Assembly: GCA_963814955.1 (NCBI GenBank)
Contig: CAWFEX010000016.1
Location: forward strand, 4,105 to 68,104
Source of the DNA: an uncultured Acidobacteriota bacterium
GTDB taxonomy: Bacteria; Acidobacteriota; Vicinamibacteria; Vicinamibacterales; UBA2999
Length of the DNA: 64,000 nt
Direction: 5' to 3'
Positions 18,979-28,209 of the stretch are shown here, one piece after another. A program made the translations under genes and the position numbers. The stretch's first letter is position 1. Every line of letters starts with the position of its first letter. Below the pieces are notes generated by a model, which saw only the letters and a program-made list of their open reading frames with translations, was not told the origin of the DNA and ran no database searches.

Positions 18979-21908
18979 CACCTGAGCGCTGGCGGTTCGT
19001 GACCGAGGTGTTCCATGCTGCGCGCGCGCATGACCCCGCGACGCGTGCACAGTATCTCGATCACGCCTGCAGTGGCGACCGCGCTCTCCGCGACGAAGTC
19101 GACGCGATGCTTGCGGCACAGGCCGAGGCCGGACAGTTTGGTGAGAGTCCCGTCAATGTTTCCACCCACCAAGTGCGCCGGCTCCAATCGGGCGCAATCG
19201 TCGGTTCGTACCGCATCGACCGGTTGATTGGCGCGGGCGGTATGGGGGAGGTCTACCGCGCGCACGACACGACGCTCCATCGTGACGTCGCCCTCAAGAT
19301 TCTTCCCGACGCGTTCGCTGCCGATCCCGACCGCCTCGCCCGCTTCGCGCGGGAGGCGCAGGTGCTGGCCGCACTCAATCATCCCAACGTCGCGACGATT
19401 CATGGGCTCGAAGATCAGGATGGAATCCACGCGCTCGTGATGGAGCTGGTCGAGGGGGAGACGCTGGCGGAGCGGCTCGAACGAGTTACACGGCCCAAGT
19501 CACACGGCCCAAGTCACAAAGGCCTCGCGATCGACGAGGCGTTGGCGATCGCCCGACAGATGGCCGACGCGCTCGAGGCGGCGCACGAGAAAGGCATCAT
19601 CCACCGGGACCTCAAGCCGGCCAACATCAAGATCACCCCGGCCGGCGTGGTGAAGGTGCTTGATTTCGGGCTGGCGAAGGTGGCTCTCGGCGACGGGGCA
19701 AAGAAAAAGCGCAGACCCCAACGGCAACGATCGAAGGTACGCGCGAAGGGGTGATTCTCGGGTACAGCCGCCTACATGAGCCCGGAACAAGCGCGCGGTC
19801 AGGTCGTCGACAAGCGCACGGACATCTGGGCGTTCGGTTGCGTCCTGTACGAAATGCTCACGGGGCGTCAGGCGTTTGGCGGCGAAGACGTGGCAGTCAC
19901 GCTGGCGAGCGTGCTCGAGAGGGAGCCCGACTTCGGCGCGTTGTCGCCGCTCGTGCCGGGCCGAGTCCGTCAGGCGCTTCGCGTGTGCCTGCGAAAGGAC
20001 CCGAAACAGCGCGCCGGCGACATCCGCGACGTGCGGCTGGTTCTGGAGGGCGCGTTCGAGAACGGGACCTCGTCCGTGGTGGAAACTGCCCCGGTCGCTC
20101 CGTCTGCGGCGCGGCGCCGCGCGATCAAGTTTGGCGCCGTTGCCACCATCGCTGCGGCCGTCCTTGTCGGCGTGTCGATGTGGCTCGTGACGCGCCCGAC
20201 TTCTCCCCCAGTGATGCGTTTCTCGTTGCCCCCGTTTTCCCCGGGGGAAGTGTTCAACGGTACCAGCCCTGGCTTTGCTATCTCGCCTGACGGTACCGAC
20301 ATCGCATACGCGACGTCGGCCGGGCTATACGTCCGATCGATGTCCGAATTCGACGGAACGCTGATTGTTCCGAGAGGGGCCACTGCCCTCATGAACCCAA
20401 CGTTCTCGCCCGATGGGCGGTCGATTGCGTTCACATCCGACGGTGCGCTCAAGCAAGTTCCGGTTGCAGGCGGAACCCCCTTCACAATCTGTCCCCTCCC
20501 CGACGTATTGGGATTGAGCTGGAATGCCGACTACATCCTGATTGGTGGTGCATCCACGATCCGGCGTGTCGCGTCTTTTGGAGGGATGCCCGAAGATCTG
20601 GTGCCTCTTCAAGACGGCGAGTGGGGATGGGCACCTCGCATGCTGCCTGACACCGACTGGGTACTGTTCACGGTGGTGAAGGGACGCACACCGGAGGACT
20701 GGGACCGGGCTCAGATCGTCGCGCAGTCGATCTCGTCAGGTGAACGGCGCGTTGTCGTTGAGAACGCTCGAGATGCGCGATATCTCCCCGGCGGTCACCT
20801 GGTGTTTGCGCGCGGCGGTCTGGTGTTTGCGGCTCGGTTCGATGCGCGTCGCGTGGAGGTCACGTCTTCGACGGTGCCTGTGCTGCAGGGCGTGCGGCGA
20901 AGCGCGGTCAACGGGACCGCGCATTTCAGCGTATCCGACACAGGTTCACTCATCTATCTGCCGGGTCCAACGGGGCTGGGGGAACGACGCGTGGATCTGG
21001 TTCTGACAGATCGCAACGGCGCGGTCGAGCGCGTCCCGCTGCCGCCAGGACCATACGATCATCCGCGCGTATCACCAGACGGCAGGTTGCTGGCCTTCGG
21101 CACGACCGGGCAGGACCAGGACATATGGATTTACGATCTGGGAGGGTCGACGGCGGCGCGGCGCCTGACGTTTGGTGGAAAGAGCAGATTTCCGACATGG
21201 TCCGCAGATGGGCGACGGGTCGCGTTTCAATCGGATCGTGAACGAGACACGGCGATCTACTGGCAGGCCGCAGATGGCAGCGGCCCTGCTGAACGCCTGA
21301 CACAGCCGGACAAGGGCACTGCGCATATTCCCGACACGTGGCTGCCGGGAGAGGACAGGTTCCTGTTCAGCGTTGTAAGGGGCTCGACGCGGACCTTGTG
21401 GACATTCTCTGTGCGCGACAGAAAGAGCGGGCCATTCGATCAAATCCAGTCGTCGAACTCACTTTCCCGCGGGCCAACCGTTTCGCCCGATGGAAAGTGG
21501 ATCGCATACGCGGCGTCCGACCCGATCACGGCGGAGGGCAGAGGCATATTCGTCCAGCCTGTCCCGCCTACTGGCGCCGCCTATCAGATCTCCGAGCGCA
21601 GTCAGGGTCACAAGCCGCTCTGGTCGTTGGACGGCAGAGAGGTCATTTTTATTGCAGTTGTCGGGCAATTGACGGCCGTTCGTATCGGACCGGGACCTGG
21701 ATTTACCTTCAGTAAACCGACCAACTTCCAGCGCGGGTTCACCGAGTATATGGCACCTGTATACGAAAGAAATTACGATATGACGCGTGACGGCCGGTTC
21801 ATCGGGCTTGCTGCGCCCGGGCAAGGTCAGAACATCGCGCCCACCGGACAAATCAACGTCATCCTCAACTGGTACGAAGAGCTGAAGCGGCTGGTGCCTG
21901 CCAACTGA
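18975..21908 (+). pseudogene. Ser/Thr protein kinase with C-terminal TolB-like (PD40/WD40-like) beta-propeller; activation loop out of frame over ~55 nt
   Basis: ATG 18975 overlaps the sigma stop (ATGA). N-terminal ERWRFVTEVFHAARAHDPATRAQYLDHACSGDRALRDEVDAMLAAQ; kinase motifs GAGGMGEVYRA, HRDLKPANI, DFGLAK, YMSPEQ. C-terminal repeats FSPDGRSIAF / SPDGRLLAF / WSADGRRVAF / SPDGKWIAY. In-frame TGA at 19752-19754. Confidence 0.85.
19489..19524. repeat. 14-mer tandem repeat (CACGGCCCAAGTCA x2.5) inside the kinase coding region
   Basis: cacggcccaagtca at 19489-19502 and 19503-19516, then caaaggcc. It encodes VTRPKSHGPSHK between kinase subdomains. Same core (GGCCCAAGTCACA) as the intergenic repeat at 4958-4985. 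Confidence 0.85.
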
Positions 21909-21957
21909 TCGGGCGCCAGGGCGACCTTAGGCTTCTCAGCATCGACGGCGCCCTCCC

Positions 21958-23175
21958 TTGATCACCGAGCGTGACATCGTGATTGTCGGGGCCGGCCCGG
22001 TTGGGCTGGCCGCGGCCCTTGCTGTGCGCGGAACCGGTCGCGACGTCACCGTTCTCGAAGCGGGCAGCCGCGACCGCGTCAGGCCGGGCAGCCGGGCAAT
22101 CTTTCTGCACCGCGTCACGCTGGAACTGCTGAACCAGATTCGCGCCGGGCTTGGCGGCGAGCTCGCTCGCCGCGGGCTGACGTGGCGAACAAGGCGCACG
22201 ATGTACCGAGGAAGGGAACTGTACTGCCGCACCTATCCGCCATCGCCCGCCGGAGCTATGCCGTTTGCGACGAATCTGCCGCAGGTGGCCACCGAGCAGG
22301 TTCTTCTCCAGGCTTGTCTCGACGCCGACGTTGAATTCGTGTGGAACGCCGAGGTGAAGACGGTGCGCACCGAGGCAGAAGGCGCCACTCTCAACATCGC
22401 GGACGGAAGACAGGTGAGGGCGGTGTATGCGATTGGGGCAGACGGGGCGCGCTCCGTCGTGCGCGAATCAACAGGTTTGTCTCTCGAGGGACCGCGCACG
22501 TCCGACGCCTACGTCATCGTCGATATTGCCGAAGACGAAGCCAATCCATTACCGCTCGAACGGGTGTTTCATTACGAGCACCCGAACGTCGGATTCCGCA
22601 ACGTGCTTCTGGTCCCGTTCGCGGGACATTGGCGTGTGGATCTCCAGTGCCGGTCCGACGACGATCCCGAGGCGTACAGTTCCGGGACGGGCGTGCGCCA
22701 GTGGCTGGCGAAGGTCATGCCGGCGAAGTACGCGGACCGCGTGACGTGGGTGTCGTCCTACATTTTCCGGCAGGCTATCGCGAATTCGTTTACCGATCCG
22801 ACGAAGCACGTTCTGCTGGTCGGTGAGGCGGCGCACCTGTTCGCGCCCTTCGGTGCGCGGGGTTTGAATTCGGGCGTCGCCGACGCCGTCATGGCAGCGC
22901 GAGCGATCGATTCCGCTATTCGTGCGGCCGTGCCGGAGACAGCAGTTCGATCCATCGAGCAATTCGCCGACGCACGTCGTACGGCCGCGGCTCGCAATCG
23001 CGCCGCTTCGTCGGCGGCGCTGGCCCATCTCCAGGCGGCGTCACCCGCGCGCCGCGCCGTCCGTCGCACGGCTGCGGCAGTCGCTCCGCTCGTCCCGTCG
23101 GTGGGTCGCTGGCTCGATAAGGCGCCGTTCGGGCCGCCGCTCGGCGGGCCGGACCGCTTTGGGATGTTCTACTGA
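21958..23175 (+). CDS. FAD-dependent monooxygenase
   Basis: Intact 405-aa ORF with TTG start. Motifs DIVIVGAGPVGLAAAL, GADGARSVVRE, GEAAHLFAPFGARGLNSGVADA. Confidence 0.85.
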   Translation: MITERDIVIVGAGPVGLAAALAVRGTGRDVTVLEAGSRDRVRPGSRAIFLHRVTLELLNQIRAGLGGELARRGLTWRTRRTMYRGRELYCRTYPPSPAGAMPFATNLPQVATEQVLLQACLDADVEFVWNAEVKTVRTEAEGATLNIADGRQVRAVYAIGADGARSVVRESTGLSLEGPRTSDAYVIVDIAEDEANPLPLERVFHYEHPNVGFRNVLLVPFAGHWRVDLQCRSDDDPEAYSSGTGVRQWLAKVMPAKYADRVTWVSSYIFRQAIANSFTDPTKHVLLVGEAAHLFAPFGARGLNSGVADAVMAARAIDSAIRAAVPETAVRSIEQFADARRTAAARNRAASSAALAHLQAASPARRAVRRTAAAVAPLVPSVGRWLDKAPFGPPLGGPDRFGMFY

Positions 23176-23331
23176 GACGTTCCGCCGCTGGAGAGCGTTT
23201 TCTACTGTACGTAACCACGGACCCGTCGGCGTCTCGTGTCAAAGCCGGCCGACTATGAGCGTCGCGATCGGCGAAGCACAAAAGCGTCGCAGCGGCTTTA
23301 CAGGACCTCCATCGGAAGCGGCGGGCCGTAT

Positions 23332-23631
23332 TCAGCGAGACGTCGTGACGGTGTCGGCGAGTCTCAACTTGATGAATGCCTGCCGGGTGACGCCGATTCG
23401 TTTGGCCTCGCGGTCGATCGCGCGGAGCAAATCGACTGGAAAGTCGACATTCACACGCTGGACTTCGCGGCCGGGACGGGTGGCCTTTGTCAGATCGAGG
23501 TGTGCGCGAAGGTCTTCGCCAGCGTCGTGCATCTCGTCGAGACGGGCAGCAGTTTGCGTTTTAGTCCCCGAGGTACCGCGCTTCTTCGTCTGCGCGCGCA
23601 CGGCGAACCGAGATGATGCGGATTTTGTCAT
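23332..23631 (-). CDS. brnA: ribbon-helix-helix (CopG-like) antitoxin, BrnA-like
   Basis: 99-aa ORF. The C-terminal RVNVDFPVDLLRAIDREAKRIGVTRQAFIKLRLAD is a typical RHH. It lies immediately downstream of the DUF497 toxin. The start is uncertain: M1 overlaps brnT by 71 nt, and an internal Met at 23532 is the alternative. Confidence 0.7.
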   Translation of the reverse strand: MTKSASSRFAVRAQTKKRGTSGTKTQTAARLDEMHDAGEDLRAHLDLTKATRPGREVQRVNVDFPVDLLRAIDREAKRIGVTRQAFIKLRLADTVTTSR

Positions 23632-23824
23632 TGCGGTAAGTGATGAAAGCGGACCACGTCTTTTCGCCGATGCGCCCGATCACCTGGTGGCGCGGCTCAT
23701 CGAGAGTTCGAGCGGGTATCTCGAGCCGGTCGGCGTCTCGCCAAATCTGCTGCGCTTCTACAAAGTCGATTCCGTGTTTCGCCTTGTTCGCAGCCGACTT
23801 AGCGGGATCGAACTCGAATTCCAA
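23561..23824 (-). CDS. brnT: BrnT family (DUF497) toxin
   Basis: 87-aa ORF with TTG start. (M)EFEFDPAKSAANKAKHGIDFVEAQQIW...NDKIRIISVRRARADEEARY matches the DUF497/BrnT pattern. Confidence 0.8.
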   Translation of the reverse strand: MEFEFDPAKSAANKAKHGIDFVEAQQIWRDADRLEIPARTLDEPRHQVIGRIGEKTWSAFITYRNDKIRIISVRRARADEEARYLGD

Positions 23825-23834
23825 CGCGTCATCC

Positions 23835-23851
23835 GGTATAGAAATTATACC
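23835..23851 (-). promoter_or_regulatory. candidate brnTA operator/-10 region
   Basis: Perfect inverted repeat GGTATA-gaaat-TATACC in a locally AT-rich patch. On the minus strand it contains TATAAT (23849-23844), about 20 nt upstream of the brnT TTG, which has a GGATGA SD-like sequence. Confidence 0.4.
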
Positions 23852-24009
23852 ATTAAGGCCACTGGCTGGGAACCGGAATCAACAAACAGGTCAGCGTCTC
23901 AACCCCCGCTGTGCGGTTGGGCGTCGGCGCTGAACGGCAGGCCCCACAAGGCGGTCATTCGTAGCGGCCCCGAGCGGGCGTACGCTGTCCATTCAACGAG
24001 CGGGTTGGC

Positions 24010-25322
24010 CTAGAACCTCCGATTGATCCAATCGGCCGCGTAGTCGTAGAAGTTTCTTACGCTGTTCGAGTACCTGCCCGGGTACGGATTCGCAGGGCAC
24101 GCACGGAGTCTGACCATGTTCGGCCCCTTCGACGACCACGAAGTCCTTGTCTGGACTCGCGGCGATCTCATAGTGAATCTCGTTGTCCCGGATGAAATAG
24201 TGTGCCCCCATCGCGGCCACGAGCAGCGGCACACGAATGTTCTGCAAGTGACATGGAGGGGAATTGTTGCTGGAGCAGTGATCAATCCCGTCCATCGAGT
24301 CCATTGCCCGAATGGCGTTGGCGCTCAGGAACGACTTGAGGGTCAGGAATGCCGCGCCGCTCGCAAACGAGACGTTCTCAACAGCCAGCTGAGGAGAAGC
24401 TTGACGGACGCTTTCGACGACCTGCATGACGATTGATCCGTCGTTTTTGAGCAGCTTTCTCGGCTGGGCCGTGCTGTGGTGGATGCTGAGATCGAGCTGC
24501 ATCAGGCGGGCCCCGACTCCCCGGGACACCACGAAGGCGTCATCGTCGGGATACAAGTGTGTGCCGGCTTTCATTCGGTTCTGCCGGTCTCTCGCCAGAT
24601 CGATCAACCTGTTCATCCGCTCTGCCTGCCCCTTGAAGTACCTCTGCTTGAACTCTTCGGAGTACCGAGGACGACCCCTTCGGGTTGTACCCATTCTTCG
24701 GACTGAACGGGTCCAGATTCGGATCGAGTTGATTGGGCCGGCTCTCATCTTTGACGGCAGGATTGAGGCTTCTCAGTGCGTTCACAGGGTTACCCGGATG
24801 GGCATCGACGAGAATCAGGCCGTCCGCAGGCGCCAGTCCGGCAAGCTCGTTGCCGCACTGGGTGAGCTTCGCGGGTCCCTGGCAGACCGATGGGCCGTTT
24901 TCGGCGACGCTCTCATAGAGCGTCATCGTCGCACCACCGCCGCTCCAGCCCCAGAGGATGATCCTGGTGATTCCCGGGTGCTTCTTGAGGAATTGCACGC
25001 CGGCATGGACGTCGAGCGGGATGGTCTCGAACCGAACCAGCGCCTCGTTGTTGTCCGACCTGGGGTTCATGCACAAGACCGCAAATCCACGTCTGGAGAG
25101 CTCGGTGCAGGCGAGCGCGTTCATGAAATTCGAGGTCCGGTGCATCACGAGAATGGCCACGTGGGGCGGTGGCGCGGGGGCATCAGGAAGGTACAACGCG
25201 CCCTTCACTGAGGCGGGTACGCCGGGGAATCGGATGTACCGCGGGTCGCTCTGAGCAGATGCCGGGTTTGCGATAAACCCCAGAATTACGAGACCCATTG
25301 ACGCACGGGTTTTCCAGTTCAT
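24010..25322 (-). pseudogene. exported alpha/beta hydrolase; two frame breaks as sequenced
   Basis: ATG 25322 with signal MNWKTRASMGLVILGFIANPASAQ. GWSGGG nucleophile-elbow-like motif. Continues in ORF 23993-24748 (PRYSEEFKQRYFKGQAERMN..) and ORF 24010-24285 (ANPYPGRYSNSVRNFYDYAADWINRRF-stop). Shifts lie at the C4 run 24675-24678 and near 24091-24097. Confidence 0.7.
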
Positions 25323-25406
25323 GCGAGTGCTCTCGGTTTTGGTGTCCGTCTCGAAAGGTGCCGCCACGGTCCTTTTTGAACGGCCAATCTTAGTATCATT
25401 GCCTTG

Positions 25407-26516
25407 ATGAAGCGTCTTACCGCCGCTCTCGCCCTCGTGCTGTCTATCGGCGTTGCAACGTCCGCGTTCAGCCAGACGAGCTGGCCGAATCAGCGCGAGG
25501 CGGACTTCATCCTGCGCAACTTCCGGTTCGCCAGTGGTGAAACACTTGCCGAGCTGCGAATCCACTACTTGACGCTGGGTACCCCGAAGAAGAACGCGGC
25601 AGGCGACACCGTCAACGCGGTGCTGCTGCTCCATGGCACGAGCGGCTCGAGCGCCTCGTGGCTGCAGCCGACGCTGGCCAATGAGCTTTTTGGGAAGGGG
25701 CAGCCGTTCGACGCTTCGCAGTATTTCGTGGTGATTCCTGACGGTATCGGCGCCGGCGGCTCGAGCAAGCCGAGCGACGGGCTGCGCGGCCGGTTTCCTC
25801 ACTATCGCTACCACGACATGGTGGAAGCGCAGTATCGAGTCGTAACCGAGGCGTTGGGTATCCGTCACCTGCGTTTGGTGCTCGGTACGTCGATGGGCGG
25901 CATGCAGACGTGGATGTGGGGCGAGATGTATCCAGATTTCATGGACGCGCTCGTGCCGCTTGCCAGCCAGCCGATTGCGATGAGCGGACGTAACTGGATC
26001 ACGCGCCGAATCCGGATTGAAGCCATCAGAAACGATCCGGATTGGAACGGCGGCAACTACGAGAAGAATCCAACGCGCTACGTGTACACGCTGCCGTTGG
26101 CTTCTCTCATGACTGAAAGCGTGGTTCGCCTGCAGGAGACCGCGCCCACGCGCGAAGCCGCAGACGAGTTGTACAAGCGGCTGGTGGATGATGCGCGAAA
26201 GAACGACGCCAACAACCAGCTTTACGCAATCGAAGCCGTGATGGACTACGACCCGTCAAAAGATCTCGAGAAGATTCGCGCGCGGCTTCTTGCCATCAAC
26301 TTTGCGGACGATGCGCTGAATCCGCCGGAGCTCGGCGTCCTCGAGCCGGCGATCCGGAGGATTCCCCACGCCAGGCATGTGATCATCCCTGCCGGGCCCG
26401 AGACGCACGGGCACTACACCTATCTGCGCGCAGCGCTCTGGAAGGCGCACCTCGCGGCGTTCATGACTAGCGAGGCTGCGCCTCAGACCGTCGAGCATGT
26501 GGCTGCGCCTCGCTAG
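25407..26516 (+). CDS. exported alpha/beta hydrolase, homoserine O-acetyltransferase (MetX)-like family
   Basis: Intact ORF with signal MKRLTAALALVLSIGVATSAFSQ. Motifs LLLHGTSGSSASW and GTSMGGMQTW (GxSxG). Confidence 0.75.
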   Translation: MKRLTAALALVLSIGVATSAFSQTSWPNQREADFILRNFRFASGETLAELRIHYLTLGTPKKNAAGDTVNAVLLLHGTSGSSASWLQPTLANELFGKGQPFDASQYFVVIPDGIGAGGSSKPSDGLRGRFPHYRYHDMVEAQYRVVTEALGIRHLRLVLGTSMGGMQTWMWGEMYPDFMDALVPLASQPIAMSGRNWITRRIRIEAIRNDPDWNGGNYEKNPTRYVYTLPLASLMTESVVRLQETAPTREAADELYKRLVDDARKNDANNQLYAIEAVMDYDPSKDLEKIRARLLAINFADDALNPPELGVLEPAIRRIPHARHVIIPAGPETHGHYTYLRAALWKAHLAAFMTSEAAPQTVEHVAAPR

Positions 26517-26599
26517 GCTAGTTGGAGTGTCGGGGGAAAAATTGACCAAAATGGTTGGAATTCACGGGTCAAGTTTTCTAGTTTGGAGGCCATACGGGA

Positions 26600-27019
26600 A
26601 TGAGAAAGGTTGCATGGTTGACGATCGCGGCGGCGATGCTCGCTTGTTCAGTTGCGGCGGCGCAGACGAAAAACGTATGGGACGGGGTGTACAGCGACGC
26701 GCAGGCGGGGCGCGGGAAGAAGTCGTACGTCACTCACTGCGCCGCGTGCCATAACGAAGGGCTGCAGGGCGGCGATCTCGCGCCCGAGCTGAAAGGCGAA
26801 GATTTCCTTCTGCGCTGGAACGACAAGTCGATGTTCGAGTTCGTCGATCGCATCCAGAAGACGATGCCGCAGGACAATCCCGGCGGTCTCATGCCGCAGG
26901 AAAACGCCGACATCGTCGCCTACATACTGCAGGTGAACAAGATGGCGGCCGGCAGCACGGATCTCCCGTCGGATGAGGCCGCCCTGAAGGCGATCACCAT
27001 CACGAAGACCAAACCTTGA
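26600..27019 (+). CDS. exported monohaem c-type cytochrome
   Basis: Intact 139-aa ORF with a signal peptide and one CxxCH (CAACH). Confidence 0.8.
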   Translation: MRKVAWLTIAAAMLACSVAAAQTKNVWDGVYSDAQAGRGKKSYVTHCAACHNEGLQGGDLAPELKGEDFLLRWNDKSMFEFVDRIQKTMPQDNPGGLMPQENADIVAYILQVNKMAAGSTDLPSDEAALKAITITKTKP

Positions 27020-27086
27020 TGTACGTGGGGCGGGTGCCGCCGAGAGCTCGATTCATTCGAGGCGGACCCGCCGATCGGGAGGATCG

Positions 27087-28136
27087 ATGTTGAACAGGCG
27101 CATTGTTCGGATGATCGCCCTGTTGGGGGCCATGGCGGCGATGCAGTTGGACGCCACTGCCCAAGGTGGTCGCGGCCGCGGCGCCGGCGGCCGGGGCGGC
27201 GGTCCGGAGTTTCCCACCGAGCTGCAGTGGTCGAGCAACGAAGAAACACAGCGCCGCGTCGCCGTGGCGATGAAGATCGCCGGGTCCGACCTCGTTCCTC
27301 AGGCGAAGATGTTCTGCACCGCAACCGGACCGCAGCGTATGGCCGTGGCCCGGCAGGCGGCCGGCCTCCCGCCCATGCCGAACGTTGTCGTCGAGCCGAC
27401 CCGCGTGTTCGACAACATGTGGTGGATCGGGATGACATCCCAGAACGTCTGGGCCATCACGACAAGCGAGGGCATTATCCTGCTCGACACGATGAACAGC
27501 TCCGACGAAGCGCGCGATGTCATTGTCGCGAGCATGAAGAAGGTCGGCCTCGATCCCGCACAGATCAAGTACATCGTCATCGGCCACGGGCACCCCGGCC
27601 AGTCGGATCACACCGGCGGAGCGCTGTATCTGCAGAAGACCTATGGCGCGAAGGTGGTGATGAGCCCGATTGACGCCAAGCTGGTGCTGCCGACGCAGCG
27701 TCCAGATCGTCCGCTTGCCGTGCCCGACATCGACGCGGTTCATGGACAGAAGGTCACGCTTGGCGACACGACGCTGACGCTGGCGCACATCCCTGGCCAC
27801 ACGCCTGGCACGATGGGCGTCATCGTGCCGGTGAAGGTGAAAGGCGCGCCGCACACCGTGATCGTGCTGGCGGCGACGCAGATGCCGACGCGCGAGTCGC
27901 TGCTTCAATTCGAACGGGTGTTCACCGAGTTCGCCAAGCCGATGAAGGTGGAGGCCTCGCTCAACATGCACGCCAACGGCGTGCAGAACGATCTCGAGTT
28001 CCTGGAGCAAATCCGCAAGAACCCGAACGGTCCGAACCCCTACCTCTACGGTCCGGAGCGTTTCAGCCGGTGGATGGACATCATGATCGAGTGCGGCAGG
28101 GCCCGGCTGGCGGCACTGGGAGTGGGGACCAATTAA
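27087..28136 (+). CDS. exported MBL-fold metallo-hydrolase
   Basis: Intact 349-aa ORF with a signal peptide. [12 protein letters not shown].., [12 protein letters not shown] (an HxHxDH-like motif with an insertion), and a downstream HIPGHTPG. Confidence 0.6.
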   Translation: MLNRRIVRMIALLGAMAAMQLDATAQGGRGRGAGGRGGGPEFPTELQWSSNEETQRRVAVAMKIAGSDLVPQAKMFCTATGPQRMAVARQAAGLPPMPNVVVEPTRVFDNMWWIGMTSQNVWAITTSEGIILLDTMNSSDEARDVIVASMKKVGLDPAQIKYIVIGHGHPGQSDHTGGALYLQKTYGAKVVMSPIDAKLVLPTQRPDRPLAVPDIDAVHGQKVTLGDTTLTLAHIPGHTPGTMGVIVPVKVKGAPHTVIVLAATQMPTRESLLQFERVFTEFAKPMKVEASLNMHANGVQNDLEFLEQIRKNPNGPNPYLYGPERFSRWMDIMIECGRARLAALGVGTN

Positions 28137-28147
28137 ACAGAAACGCG

Positions 28148-28174
28148 TAAGTCAAAAGTCAAAGGTCAAAGCCT
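28148..28174. repeat. heptamer tandem repeat AAAGGTC-type, ~3.5 units
   Basis: aagtc aaaagtc aaaggtc aaagcct, 36 nt upstream of the 28210 start. Confidence 0.75.
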
Positions 28175-28209
28175 TCAAGAGACCGCTGATACACTCCGAT
28201 CTCGAGACA

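Noticed and set aside
19752-19754. In-frame TGA in the kinase as a possible selenocysteine or programmed recoding site.
   Set aside because: The 55 nt upstream read as a perfect kinase activation loop in a neighbouring frame. The TGA is therefore created by two flanking single-base indels. I saw no SECIS-like hairpin immediately downstream.
22922-24013. 363-aa plus-strand ORF spanning the end of the monooxygenase gene and the whole TA cassette.
   Set aside because: Low-complexity Arg/Ser-rich translation, antisense to two ORFs with clear BrnT and RHH signatures.
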